Source of the DNA: Chitinophaga pinensis
Lineage (GTDB): Bacteria > Bacteroidota > Bacteroidia > NS11-12g > UBA955
Assembly: GCA_945890895.1 (NCBI GenBank)
Contig: CAMDDG010000002.1
Coordinates: forward strand, 40,048-104,047
Direction of reading: 5' to 3'
DNA: 64,000 nucleotides
The stretch's first letter is position 1, and each line of letters starts with the position of its first letter. Below the pieces are notes generated by a model that saw only the letters and a list, made by a program, of their open reading frames with translations, did no database searches and was not told where the DNA came from. The translations under genes were made by a program, and so were the position numbers. Below are positions 20,079 through 30,205 of this stretch, one piece after another.

Positions 20079-22721
20079 ATGCTAATTCCTAAGTCAATAC
20101 ATATATATAGGGCAATGTGGATTGCCGTATTTGGCAGCTTAGTTTTTAGCTTCATTCCTTTGTTTTCGGGGGATGCACACAATCTGTCTAATAAATCAAA
20201 CAGTACTACAAAATACTATAACGACTCCACTCCAGCGAAAGATTCTAACTCAATAAAATCATCTCCCAAGAAAAAAAATGATTTTAACGACATAGTAACA
20301 TTCAATTCGAAAGATTCTATGGTGTTGGATTTTAATTCCAAGAAGGTACACTTGTATAGAGAAGCTCAACTAAAATCGGCACAAACCGAACTAGAAGCTT
20401 TTTATATCGATGTAAACCTTACAAACAAAGAATTATTTGCAAAAGGCAACGTGGATAGTGCCGGAAAATACTCCAACAAACCCGTTCTGATAGACAATAA
20501 AGAGAAATATACAGCCGATTCCATGAGATACAACAGTGTTTCTAAAAAAGGCAAAGTCTATGGTTTACGCTTGGTTCAAGATCAGGCTCACATTCATTTA
20601 GGCACGGTGCTGAAACAAAATGACGGTACATTTACAGGTGTAAATGGTAAAATAACCACTTGCGATGCTGACCACCCCCACTTCTATTTAAACGCTTCTA
20701 AAGTTAAAGTTATACCGAATAATAAAGCGTTATTCGGATTGTCGAATCTGGTTTTTGCGGAAATACCTACTCCCATAGCATTGCCTTTCGGGTTAGCCCC
20801 TCTTCAAAAGGGTCAACGCGACGGTATTATATTTCCCTCCTTGGGATTTAATGGAATTAACAGTGGTTTTTATTTGCAAAATTTTGGTTACTACCTGGGA
20901 TTAGGTCCGCATGCAGACGTACAACTAAATTCAGATGCCTACTTAAACGGAGATTTTCGTTTGGGGATGCAAACACAATATTTCAAACGCTATCGATTCA
21001 AAGGTACTTTGGGATTGCAATACAGTCAATTTTCCAATGGTGCAGAGGAAACATCGCCCGATTTTGATCGAAACCGAGATTTTAGTATAAAATCTCAGTT
21101 CAGTTTAGACCCTAAAGTTTTCCCTGGTTTTACTTTTGGTGGAAATATCGACATTGTAACCAAAGGTTTTAATCGCAGAAACAGTCGCGATATTAATAAT
21201 TTATCGAACAACCAATTTACTTCGAGTGTCAATATCAGCAAGCAATTATTTAAAAACAAATTGAACATATCTGCTGCAGTTCGTCATTCGCAAAACACCC
21301 AAAATGGTGATTTCAAATTGGATTTACCCTCCGTAAATATGGGTGTTTCATCATTAACTCCATTCGCAAGTAAAACGGGGAGTAACAACAAATGGTACCA
21401 ACAACTGCGTTTGAGCTATAGCGGTAACATTGCAAATCAAATTTTAACTAAAGACACTATCATATTCTCTGATCGATATACAGAAGCTTTTAATAGTATA
21501 AACTCGGGATTAAAACACAGCATTCCAATTTCCACAAATATTAAATTATTTAAAGGAATTTTAAATGTGTCACCTTCGTTTAATTATCAAGAAAACTGGC
21601 ATTTTAGAGGTCAATTTCAAACCGTAGATACTCAAACGAACAAAGCTATTTACAAAGATACTCAAGGATTCTTCAGGCAATATGGATACAATGTTTCAAC
21701 TAATGTAAAAACCAATATTTACGGGACATTAAACCAATTGAAGTGGGGAAAAATTCGAGCTATACGACATACCATCACACCATCGTTGGGATTTACTTAC
21801 GCTCCCGAAATTGATCCATTTAAAAAAGGATGGAGTAGTTATTTAACTGACACTTTTAATAAAATAAAATCATATAGTTTATTTGAAAAAAGTGCAGTTG
21901 GAAATTTAAATCAAAATAGAACGGGTTCGATTAATTTATCATTAAATAATAACTTTCAAGGGAAGCGGGTTGTAGCAGGAGATTCCACAGGGAAAAAAAC
22001 AGAAAAGTTCAATATTATTGATCAAATTCAATTATCCACCAATTACAATTTATTTGCAGATAGTTTAAAGTGGAGTGATTTAAGAGGTACTTTTAATACC
22101 GTTTTATTTAAAAAATTACGAATTAACACCAATGCCAATTTTAGTCCTTATTATAGAACATTCAATGGAATAACTTTAAATACATTTAACATCGACAAGG
22201 GGGGGAATTTATTACGATTTAAATCGGCTGGCGTAAATATCAACACGACCCTGAGTGCAGATGATTTCTCTAGAGACAAAAAAGGAAGCATTGGCAATCG
22301 CATCCCCCGAAAACAATACGATGAAGAGGAAGCTGAGTTAAATGATATTCGTAATAATCCTATGGGTTATTACGATTTCAATATTCCCTGGAGCATGACA
22401 TTTGGCTATATGTATAATTACAGCGGCGATGTTATCAATCCTTTAAATCGGGTTACAGCGAATGAATTTACAATATCTGGAGATATTTCTATAACCGAAA
22501 ATTGGAAAGTAAGTTACAGAACAGGTTATAATTTTAGATTGAATGAAATAGCCGGATCACAGTTTTCTGTAATTCGTAATTTGCATTGTTGGCAATTGGA
22601 ATTCATGTGGGTGCCAACCGGATATGGTAAGCAGTGGGTGTTTACATTGCGTCCTGTAAGCCGACTTTTGCAAGATTTAAAATTACCTAAACGGGTTTAT
22701 TCGAATCCCGCGTTGATGTAA
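20079..22721 (+). CDS. Putative LPS-assembly protein, LptD-like (Bacteroidota type)
   Basis: About 880 aa. OstA-like N-terminal region followed by a long beta-barrel-like region with alternating aromatic pattern. It is divergent from the amidase gene, as is commonly seen in Bacteroidota. ATG at 20079 is preferred over the track start, which overlaps the amidase gene. Confidence 0.65.
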   Translation: MLIPKSIHIYRAMWIAVFGSLVFSFIPLFSGDAHNLSNKSNSTTKYYNDSTPAKDSNSIKSSPKKKNDFNDIVTFNSKDSMVLDFNSKKVHLYREAQLKSAQTELEAFYIDVNLTNKELFAKGNVDSAGKYSNKPVLIDNKEKYTADSMRYNSVSKKGKVYGLRLVQDQAHIHLGTVLKQNDGTFTGVNGKITTCDADHPHFYLNASKVKVIPNNKALFGLSNLVFAEIPTPIALPFGLAPLQKGQRDGIIFPSLGFNGINSGFYLQNFGYYLGLGPHADVQLNSDAYLNGDFRLGMQTQYFKRYRFKGTLGLQYSQFSNGAEETSPDFDRNRDFSIKSQFSLDPKVFPGFTFGGNIDIVTKGFNRRNSRDINNLSNNQFTSSVNISKQLFKNKLNISAAVRHSQNTQNGDFKLDLPSVNMGVSSLTPFASKTGSNNKWYQQLRLSYSGNIANQILTKDTIIFSDRYTEAFNSINSGLKHSIPISTNIKLFKGILNVSPSFNYQENWHFRGQFQTVDTQTNKAIYKDTQGFFRQYGYNVSTNVKTNIYGTLNQLKWGKIRAIRHTITPSLGFTYAPEIDPFKKGWSSYLTDTFNKIKSYSLFEKSAVGNLNQNRTGSINLSLNNNFQGKRVVAGDSTGKKTEKFNIIDQIQLSTNYNLFADSLKWSDLRGTFNTVLFKKLRINTNANFSPYYRTFNGITLNTFNIDKGGNLLRFKSAGVNINTTLSADDFSRDKKGSIGNRIPRKQYDEEEAELNDIRNNPMGYYDFNIPWSMTFGYMYNYSGDVINPLNRVTANEFTISGDISITENWKVSYRTGYNFRLNEIAGSQFSVIRNLHCWQLEFMWVPTGYGKQWVFTLRPVSRLLQDLKLPKRVYSNPALM
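20163..20175 (+). repeat. Copy of the 13-mer TTTTCGGGGGATG (inside the lptD-like gene, sense)
   Basis: Exact match. It encodes FSGD. Confidence 0.85.
22301..22313 (-). repeat. Copy of the 13-mer TTTTCGGGGGATG (inside the lptD-like gene, antisense)
   Basis: CATCCCCCGAAAA on the plus strand. It encodes IPRK, a third reading frame. Confidence 0.85.
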
Positions 22722-22845
22722 ATTTGGCATGAATGCAATAATAACAAAAATAAATCGTTGGTATTAAGCGCATTAAAACACATCGAATTTGTTCATCAAT
22801 TAATTCATTTGTAAATTTATTTAAAATTTAAATACATCTATTTTT

Positions 22846-24225
22846 ATGACAAAATTTAAATCCCTGATTATTTCAACTCTCTATTATTTAGGGTACTCGA
22901 GCCAAGTTTTACTGGCCCAAAGCCATACTTACATACCACCTACTAAATATCACACAAAATATTATTTCAGGCATTTTGATTACCCGTTAAATGGAACGGA
23001 TATCACCAAGTTATCAAAATCATCAAACAAAGCCACGCCATTAACCATACATTTGAATAAATATTTTGTGCTATTGGGGGTGAAAGAAGAGGTAGCTTTT
23101 CAAAAAACCTACAAACACAATGCTTATTCACCATTTACCACAAGTTTAGCTTTGACGGATACATTATTGGTGTATTCTAATTGGGGATATGATACGATAA
23201 GATCGGTAGCTGAGTTATCGCCGGTTTCACCATTTTATATGTTCAAAACAGAAATCACCAATGCCCAATGGAGAGAATTCATAACAGATATAACAAAAGG
23301 TCAGTCCAAAAAATCGGGATTGGCTGATAGTTTTGGATGGAATCCAAAGGCATTAATGCCCGACACTAACGTATGGTTATCTCAAATGGTTTATAACGAA
23401 CCATTCGTACATTATTATTATCAGCATAAAGCTTATAGCGATTATCCCGTTGTTGGAATTAGCCAATTTCAAGCTACACAATACACAGATTGGTTGGAGC
23501 AGAAATGGAATCAGCAATACAAACAATTTCTACCCAAAGGGTATCGGATTCAAATTGATTTACCCACGGCTACCGAATTTGCTGCGGGGGTAAAATACAA
23601 CCAAACCTATTGGGGCATGAAATACAGTGGATTGGTTTCCAAAAAGACACTAAAAAACATCAGCATAAAACCTAGATACTTCGTTAACAATGAGGTAACG
23701 GAAAATCCAGAATTAATCAGTTGGATTAGTCAAGATCAGTTTTCTTTGAATGTTACATTATCCAGTTTGAGCGAGATCAATGGCGGTGAAATAATATCTG
23801 AAAGAGGTGTGTATTTAAGAAGTTCTAAACTATATAATCCTTTTGATCCTTTGTTTGTATCCAAACAGGGAATTTTTTATGTAAATGCGGTTGAATCTGG
23901 CAGATTTCCTATATCCAACTTGCAAGGCAATGTTGAAGAATGGACTTCCACCCGTGCAAAGGGACATTTATTTAACTCTAAACAATGGATGTATACGCGT
24001 CAAGGTAGATTGATCTTGAATCCAGATATTCATGTTACAGAATCGGAATTAGAAGGTTTGCTTTATACGGAAAATGAGCTTCTTACTCATTTTGCAATTA
24101 AGGGTGGAAGTATTAGTGACGAATTTCATTACTTAGACCCTTGGGCCGTAAAAATGCAACGTGGTGATTATAAAAGTGCTAATTTAGGCTTTAGAATTGT
24201 TGTACGAATCGTATCAGAAATGTAA
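22846..24225 (+). CDS. SUMF1/FGE-sulfatase-domain protein, GldK/GldJ-like paralogue
   Basis: Signal peptide. EITNAQWREFI, PDTNVW...YNEP...AYSDYPVVGIS, GNVEEWTS and ANLGFRIV motifs resemble the FGE-sulfatase fold of GldK/PorK. Confidence 0.6.
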   Translation: MTKFKSLIISTLYYLGYSSQVLLAQSHTYIPPTKYHTKYYFRHFDYPLNGTDITKLSKSSNKATPLTIHLNKYFVLLGVKEEVAFQKTYKHNAYSPFTTSLALTDTLLVYSNWGYDTIRSVAELSPVSPFYMFKTEITNAQWREFITDITKGQSKKSGLADSFGWNPKALMPDTNVWLSQMVYNEPFVHYYYQHKAYSDYPVVGISQFQATQYTDWLEQKWNQQYKQFLPKGYRIQIDLPTATEFAAGVKYNQTYWGMKYSGLVSKKTLKNISIKPRYFVNNEVTENPELISWISQDQFSLNVTLSSLSEINGGEIISERGVYLRSSKLYNPFDPLFVSKQGIFYVNAVESGRFPISNLQGNVEEWTSTRAKGHLFNSKQWMYTRQGRLILNPDIHVTESELEGLLYTENELLTHFAIKGGSISDEFHYLDPWAVKMQRGDYKSANLGFRIVVRIVSEM

Positions 24226-24248
24226 ATCATTGAAAAAAATAGTAAATG

Positions 24249-24256
24249 TAATTTTG
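24249..24256 (+). promoter_or_regulatory. Candidate -7 box TAATTTTG upstream of susC-like gene
   Basis: Exact TAnnTTTG match, 47 nt before the ATG at 24304. Confidence 0.4.
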
Positions 24257-24303
24257 ACACTTACTACTTTTTAGGTAAATTGCCGACCAAAGATTTACGA
24301 TTT

Positions 24304-27204
24304 ATGCGAAAAATTTACCGTAATGGAAAATTATTGGGGCTTTTGTTATGTGGAATAACGTGGGTTTCCCAATCGCAAGCGCAGTCGACTAGAGCGAATG
24401 CGAGTGCAAAAGATACCGCTGTAAATCCCAATGAAGTTGAAAGCATTGGGGACGTGGTTATCATTGGATATGGACGCCAATCCAAAAGAAATGTAGTAGG
24501 ATCTATTTCTTCCGTAAGTGGAAAGGAAATTTCTGAATTACCAACTCAGAGTTTTGAAGCGGCACTTCAAGGAAAAGCAGCTGGGGTTCAAGTAACAGTG
24601 GGTTCAGGTATGGCAGGTTCGGCATCCTTGATCCGTATTCGTGGAGCTGCATCTATTTCAGCAGCTGGCGACCCTCTGTATGTGGTGGATGGAATTCCCA
24701 TTACCCAAGATTATTTCATGAACAGAAGCAATGGATTTAATTTCGGTGGTGGATTTAACAACAATCCTTTAGCGAGTATCAATCCTGAAGACATTGAAAA
24801 TATTGAAATTTTAAAAGACGCAGCGGCTACAAGCATCTATGGATCACGTGGATCCAATGGGGTAATTTTAATTACCACCAAACGTGCTCGCAAAAGAGGA
24901 CTTAAATTTGATGTCAGCACGCGTTTTGGTGCTGCCGTTCCTACAAAAATGCCAACGATGTTATCCGGTAAAGAATGGTTACAATTATACGAGGAAGCAT
25001 GGTACAACGATGGAAACGTAGGAACTCCGAATTTGGATCGAATTGGTTTGCGATTAAATTGGGAAGACGTTCAAAATGTAAATACCGATTGGGTTGACCA
25101 AATGATAGGTGTAGGGATCAAGCAGAACTACAATATTGGAGCTAACTATGCCGGTAAAAATTTCGCTTTGAAATACATTATTTCATCAGACAATAACGGA
25201 GCTTACATAAAAGGCAATAAATACGAACGATTAAGCCATCGTTTGAATGCAGATTTGCGTCCAATTAAAGGACTGAACATTCAACTGTCTCATAGCTTGA
25301 GCCGTGGAACCAATTACCGCGTTGATGCTGCTTGGGCAGGTGGTTTGGGATCCGCAATGAGCACCATGCTAAACATTTATCCTTTAGAACCTATTTACGA
25401 TTCAGCCTCAAAAAGTTACTTGTCGCCTGTTGGTTTGCATACCATACGCGATTTAAAAAACTACCGCAGTCAAGAAATTCGTACAATCAACAATGCTAGT
25501 ATTAGTTACGAAATCACTAAAGATTTATCCATCAACGCAAGCGGTAGCATGGATTATATGGATTACAACGAATACTTGTATGAACCTAGAGAGTTAATTC
25601 GTTATTACAATCAAAATTATGCTCAAAAGGGGAACGCAAAATGGTATCCCGCTTGGACACGAAACTACAATTATTTCGTAACCGCTAACTGGAATAAAGA
25701 AATTACCAAAAACCAAAGTGTTTCGGTGATGTTGGGACATGAATATCAGAATTCTCTAACTCATTCTAAATACGTTGAAAATTACGATGCAACCGGGCCT
25801 ATTGATGAGGTTGCAATCCCTGATACTGCACTAGTTAGTCGATACAACACTCCTTACAATTGGGCGTTTCTAAGTTTCTTTGGTCGTTTGAACTACAACA
25901 TCAATAATAAGATCAACTTTCAGTTAACTTCACGCTGGGATGGAAGCAGTCGCTTTGGTAGCAACAACCGTTATGGATTCTTCCCCGCAGCAGCCATGGG
26001 ATACATCTTATCCGAGGAGAAGTTCATGAAGAAATTTAAAGCTATTAATTTCATGAAGGTTCGTGCGGGTATTGGTAAATCAGGTAATGCAAATTTCGAC
26101 AACTACGCTCGCTGGGGTACCGTAACTCCAAGTGGAAACTTGCCTTTATATAACGGCAATCAACAGCTTGCACCTGCTCGTTTGGAAAATCCGAATTTAC
26201 GTTGGGAAAGTACCATTAACTTCGATGCGGGTATTGAAGCTACTTTGTTCAGAGGTAGAGTTAGTACCGAGTTAACGTATTACAAAAAATCCACAAAAGA
26301 TGTTATCATGAACGTTTCTATACCTACTCATATTGGGTTTGGAAGTTTTTATGATAATGTGGGACAAATTGAAAACGAAGGGGTGGAATTCACTTTAAAA
26401 ACGGTGAATATTCGTACAAAAAAATTCCGTTGGACATCCAACTTGAACATTGCGCGAAACTGGAATGCTATTACAAGCATTGGAGTCTATCAACCCGATG
26501 CTATCAGCGGTGGAACCAACGATACTCGTGTAGTTGTTGGACAGCCAGTAGGAACGAACTTCTTGGTTAGATATGCCGGTGTAAATAAAGAAACGGGTGC
26601 ACCCATGTACTACGACATCAATGGCAACATTACCGACAAGTGGGATCCTTCTAACCGTGTTGCTGTAGGCAACATCCTTCCCGATGCATTTGGAAACTTG
26701 AATAACACCGTTAACTGGCGCAATTGGGAATTGAATGCAAATATTTACTTTAATATCGGGGGAAGCATTTACGAATCCTCTTTGAAGCGTCAAATGAGTT
26801 TGATTACCGACTGGAATCTGGATCCTCGTGTAATGGACAGATGGCAAAAACCTGGTGACGATGCCATTTATCCGAAAATGACCTTGAGTACATTCAATCA
26901 TGGCGCTACTACTCCTTGGATTAATACTGATTTATGGTTGCAAGATGGCACATACGCTCGTTTGAGAAGCCTATCTTTGGGATACAATCTTCCAAAAGGT
27001 TTAGTTAAACGTTGGAAACTAGAAAATGCAAAAATCATGTTCGTTGCTACCAATATTCTTACTTGGACGAAGTTTACGGGATTGGATCCAGAGATTGCTC
27101 GTGACTTTGAAAACGCAACAGATCGTAATATGAGTGGTAGCATTACCTATTTAACGCCACCGCAGGAAAAAAGTTACAGCATTTCAATCAATTTAAGTTT
27201 TTAA
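24304..27204 (+). CDS. SusC/RagA-family TonB-linked outer membrane protein
   Basis: Signal peptide, then IIGYGRQSKRNVVGSISSV. Plug motifs (AAGVQV, IRIRGA, PLYVVDGIP, DIENIEILKDAAATSIYGSRGSNGVILITTKR). C-terminal ...SYSISINLSF. ATG at 24304 is preferred over the TTG at 24280. Confidence 0.93.
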   Translation: MRKIYRNGKLLGLLLCGITWVSQSQAQSTRANASAKDTAVNPNEVESIGDVVIIGYGRQSKRNVVGSISSVSGKEISELPTQSFEAALQGKAAGVQVTVGSGMAGSASLIRIRGAASISAAGDPLYVVDGIPITQDYFMNRSNGFNFGGGFNNNPLASINPEDIENIEILKDAAATSIYGSRGSNGVILITTKRARKRGLKFDVSTRFGAAVPTKMPTMLSGKEWLQLYEEAWYNDGNVGTPNLDRIGLRLNWEDVQNVNTDWVDQMIGVGIKQNYNIGANYAGKNFALKYIISSDNNGAYIKGNKYERLSHRLNADLRPIKGLNIQLSHSLSRGTNYRVDAAWAGGLGSAMSTMLNIYPLEPIYDSASKSYLSPVGLHTIRDLKNYRSQEIRTINNASISYEITKDLSINASGSMDYMDYNEYLYEPRELIRYYNQNYAQKGNAKWYPAWTRNYNYFVTANWNKEITKNQSVSVMLGHEYQNSLTHSKYVENYDATGPIDEVAIPDTALVSRYNTPYNWAFLSFFGRLNYNINNKINFQLTSRWDGSSRFGSNNRYGFFPAAAMGYILSEEKFMKKFKAINFMKVRAGIGKSGNANFDNYARWGTVTPSGNLPLYNGNQQLAPARLENPNLRWESTINFDAGIEATLFRGRVSTELTYYKKSTKDVIMNVSIPTHIGFGSFYDNVGQIENEGVEFTLKTVNIRTKKFRWTSNLNIARNWNAITSIGVYQPDAISGGTNDTRVVVGQPVGTNFLVRYAGVNKETGAPMYYDINGNITDKWDPSNRVAVGNILPDAFGNLNNTVNWRNWELNANIYFNIGGSIYESSLKRQMSLITDWNLDPRVMDRWQKPGDDAIYPKMTLSTFNHGATTPWINTDLWLQDGTYARLRSLSLGYNLPKGLVKRWKLENAKIMFVATNILTWTKFTGLDPEIARDFENATDRNMSGSITYLTPPQEKSYSISINLSF

Positions 27205-27223
27205 TTGAAAAAAAATCAGATTT

Positions 27224-28600
27224 ATGAAAAAGACGTTAAAACTCGGAAAATATATAGCAATTCTTTTGGGATTCGGTATCTTGGGTACTTCCTGTGAAAA
27301 AATGATTGAAACTCCCCCACCCAATGAAATATTGGTAAAGGATGCTATTAAAAATACCCAAGACCTTCAAATGTTGCTAAATGGAAGTTACAATGAAGTT
27401 GCCAATACATTCGGCGGATTCTACCAAACCATGGCGGAATTGATGTCGGATAATTTAGCACTTCCGAATAACAATGATTACAGGGAAATTTACAATCACA
27501 ATGTATTGTTTTTTAACACTACGAGTGGATCATTCTATTCTCAATTGTATCGTGCCATTTTCCGTGCAAACTTTGTACAGGAACACATGGCAGATGCTAA
27601 AGACCTTACGGCAGAAGATTCAAAAAGAATCATGGGCGAGGTGGCCTTCATAAGAGCACTTTGCCATTTTACTGCGGTAAGGATGTATGCGCAACCTTGG
27701 GGCTATACGGCTGATAATTCACACGATGGAATCGCCGTAGTTCGTTCTGTAGTAACCATACCGCAAAAAAGAGAATCCGTTGCAGTAGCTTATGCGGCTA
27801 TAGAAGAGGATTTAAATACAGCCATTGCAAACTTACCGGAAACAAACAACGGTTATGCCACTAAGTGGGCGGCAAAAGCTTTAATGGCTCAGGTAGCCTT
27901 TCAAAAAGGCGATTACACTGTGGCGTCTAAAGAATCAAACGATGTAATTTCTTCGGGTGTATTTACGCTATCTGATACCGTAAATGTATTTACTACGGCT
28001 GCTGTTTCTGAACACATCTACTCCATAATTTCTTATGGTGTAAATGATCAAAGAAGTGGTTCCTATACCAGCAATTTTGCTTCGGGAGTACCAGCTTGTC
28101 AGATGGACAAAGCATTATATGCATCCCTCGAAAATAAAACAACAGACAAACGATTGATGATGTTAACCGTTGTAAATAAAGGTGCACAAAATGAATTTAT
28201 TCGAACCAACATGTTTAATCAACCCTACTTTGATGTTCCTGTGTTGCACTTAAAGCAAATGATGTTAATTCGTGCTGAATCGAACGCAATTTTAGGTACT
28301 GATTACGCGCTTGCGATTGCGGATGTGAATTCCATCATCAATAAATCCTACACCACACCCGTAGTTCTTGATGCCAATGCTACTCCTGCAGAAATTATTG
28401 CACGTATTCGCAACGAGCGAAGAGTAGAATTGATGTTCCAAGGCGATAGAATTCACGAAGTGAAACGTCTAGGCGCTATTGAAAAAGAACGCATGTTTAT
28501 TCGTGGACATGAATGGAATTGCAAGGGAATGCTAATGCAGTTCCCAATTACTGAAAAAACTGATATATTTAACATTAACCCAACAGGAGGATGTGACTAA
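27224..28600 (+). CDS. SusD/RagB-family nutrient-binding outer membrane lipoprotein
   Basis: Lipoprotein signal (LGTSC). Lies immediately downstream of SusC. TPR-like helical pattern (RALCHFTAVRMYAQPWG; ERRVELMFQGDRIHEVKR). Confidence 0.85.
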   Translation: MKKTLKLGKYIAILLGFGILGTSCEKMIETPPPNEILVKDAIKNTQDLQMLLNGSYNEVANTFGGFYQTMAELMSDNLALPNNNDYREIYNHNVLFFNTTSGSFYSQLYRAIFRANFVQEHMADAKDLTAEDSKRIMGEVAFIRALCHFTAVRMYAQPWGYTADNSHDGIAVVRSVVTIPQKRESVAVAYAAIEEDLNTAIANLPETNNGYATKWAAKALMAQVAFQKGDYTVASKESNDVISSGVFTLSDTVNVFTTAAVSEHIYSIISYGVNDQRSGSYTSNFASGVPACQMDKALYASLENKTTDKRLMMLTVVNKGAQNEFIRTNMFNQPYFDVPVLHLKQMMLIRAESNAILGTDYALAIADVNSIINKSYTTPVVLDANATPAEIIARIRNERRVELMFQGDRIHEVKRLGAIEKERMFIRGHEWNCKGMLMQFPITEKTDIFNINPTGGCD

Positions 28601-29106
28601 TGAAAACATTAAAATTAACCGCTATAATCGCACTAACAAGTACCTTGTTTTTTGCATGTAAGGAAGAAACACGTGAATTGGGACCAAAAGCGAACCAACT
28701 CGAAGGTATATCTGCTAATTGGACGCTTTACCGCGTTCAACAAATCGATGTAAATGTGCAATTAGCATTCCAAGAGAGCGATACTTTATTGGATGTAACC
28801 GAAACGATTATCGATCCATTATCATCGTTATCACCCATGGAAATTGCATTTAGTCAATCCGACTCCAGTTGCACTGTTACTCCCGGTCAAGGAAGCGATT
28901 TATTTGGCTTAAGTGATGGTGTTTGGAACTTTGACAACAACAATTATCCAAGTAAAGTAATCTTCAACAGAGGAACTGGAAATGAAAGGGTGTTCCCATT
29001 AGTGCGCCCTGTTCGTCCACAAGATAAATTCTTGGTGTTGAAGTACAATAAAATGTGTGGTTCTGATCGCACCGTTTCATATCATTTGTGGTTTGTGCGT
29101 AAATAA
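28600..29106 (+). CDS. Small lipoprotein (lipocalin-like?) of the SusCD locus
   Basis: ATG overlaps the SusD TAA (TAATG). Lipobox LFFAC. 168 aa. No family assignment is certain. Confidence 0.55.
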   Translation: MKTLKLTAIIALTSTLFFACKEETRELGPKANQLEGISANWTLYRVQQIDVNVQLAFQESDTLLDVTETIIDPLSSLSPMEIAFSQSDSSCTVTPGQGSDLFGLSDGVWNFDNNNYPSKVIFNRGTGNERVFPLVRPVRPQDKFLVLKYNKMCGSDRTVSYHLWFVRK

Positions 29107-29136
29107 CTAAGTATAAATCACTAATAACTAAAAAGA

Positions 29137-30027
29137 ATGAAAAAGCAATTGTTTATACTTTTAAGCGCATTCACAGCAGGAAGTGTTTTAGCGCAAAAGG
29201 CTTGGGTTGAGCCCGATCCCATCAATCCCAACGACAGCATTACCGTTTGGGTTGATTTAAATAAATGTGCAGATTTCGGGGGTCCTATATTAGCAAGCAC
29301 CACCGATGATGTATATATGTGGACTTGGTCTCCCAGGGAACATCCGGTAGGTCATCCATTGCACAATGGAACGTGGGGAGCTTCTAACGAAGCCTTAAAG
29401 CTTCAAAAAGCAGGAAATGGGTTGGTATATTACCGAATGATTCCTACTTCATTTTATGAGGTATCTGCCGCACAAGTTTACGGAAGTCCAATTAAATTAT
29501 TGGTAAAAAAGAAAAATGGATCGGATGATTGTGGTGGTCAAGAATGTAAAACCGAAGATTTGGAGATCAAAATTGAAGCTCCGAAAACAGGTCCAAAAAA
29601 ATTGTATTCTTTTCCCGGTTTAAAAACCAAGGATACGTTAAGTATTACACCCAACGATGTAATTACCATATTCTATGATAACAAACTAGAAACTACGGAT
29701 TCTTTAAAAGGAAGAAATGATTTCTACTGCATCGTAAAAGCTCGTGTAGGAACCGGAGCAGACGAATTTGTATTCTATGTTGACGGAGATAACATTAAAG
29801 CGGCGGACCGTGATATTGCTGGTAAACTGCCTCAAATGAAGATGAAAGATTACGGTGATGGCAAATTTGGATTTAGTTTCATCCCCAATAAATTAATGGC
29901 GGGTGCAAATACTCAAGGAAAACAAGTTTTGTCCATCAAATACAAGATCGTTCGCGGATATATCCGCAAACAATACGATTGGGTTGCTGAATCACCAGAA
30001 TACTGGTTTAATACAGTTTGCCAATAG
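29137..30027 (+). CDS. Secreted hypothetical protein of the SusCD locus
   Basis: Signal peptide (LLSAFTAGSVLAQ) and two beta-rich halves. No family recognised. Confidence 0.55.
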   Translation: MKKQLFILLSAFTAGSVLAQKAWVEPDPINPNDSITVWVDLNKCADFGGPILASTTDDVYMWTWSPREHPVGHPLHNGTWGASNEALKLQKAGNGLVYYRMIPTSFYEVSAAQVYGSPIKLLVKKKNGSDDCGGQECKTEDLEIKIEAPKTGPKKLYSFPGLKTKDTLSITPNDVITIFYDNKLETTDSLKGRNDFYCIVKARVGTGADEFVFYVDGDNIKAADRDIAGKLPQMKMKDYGDGKFGFSFIPNKLMAGANTQGKQVLSIKYKIVRGYIRKQYDWVAESPEYWFNTVCQ

Positions 30028-30078
30028 TTGTAAACAAAACGATTTAAATCCAAAAAAATTCGTTTAGTAATTGTGAAC

Positions 30079-30107
30079 AAAGGGCCGCTTTCGCGGCCCT
30101 TTTGTTT
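30079..30107 (+). terminator. Rho-independent terminator ending the SusCD locus
   Basis: GGGCCGC (30082-30088) pairs with GCGGCCC (30093-30099). Loop TTTC, followed by TTTTGTTT. Confidence 0.7.
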
Positions 30108-30205
30108 GATTCTCAGTTGATCCTAAACACAATCAAATCGGTCTAAAATTCAAATCGATTTAAGCATTAATAAAGTCAACACAATTAAAATTGCTGACGA
30201 TCCAA

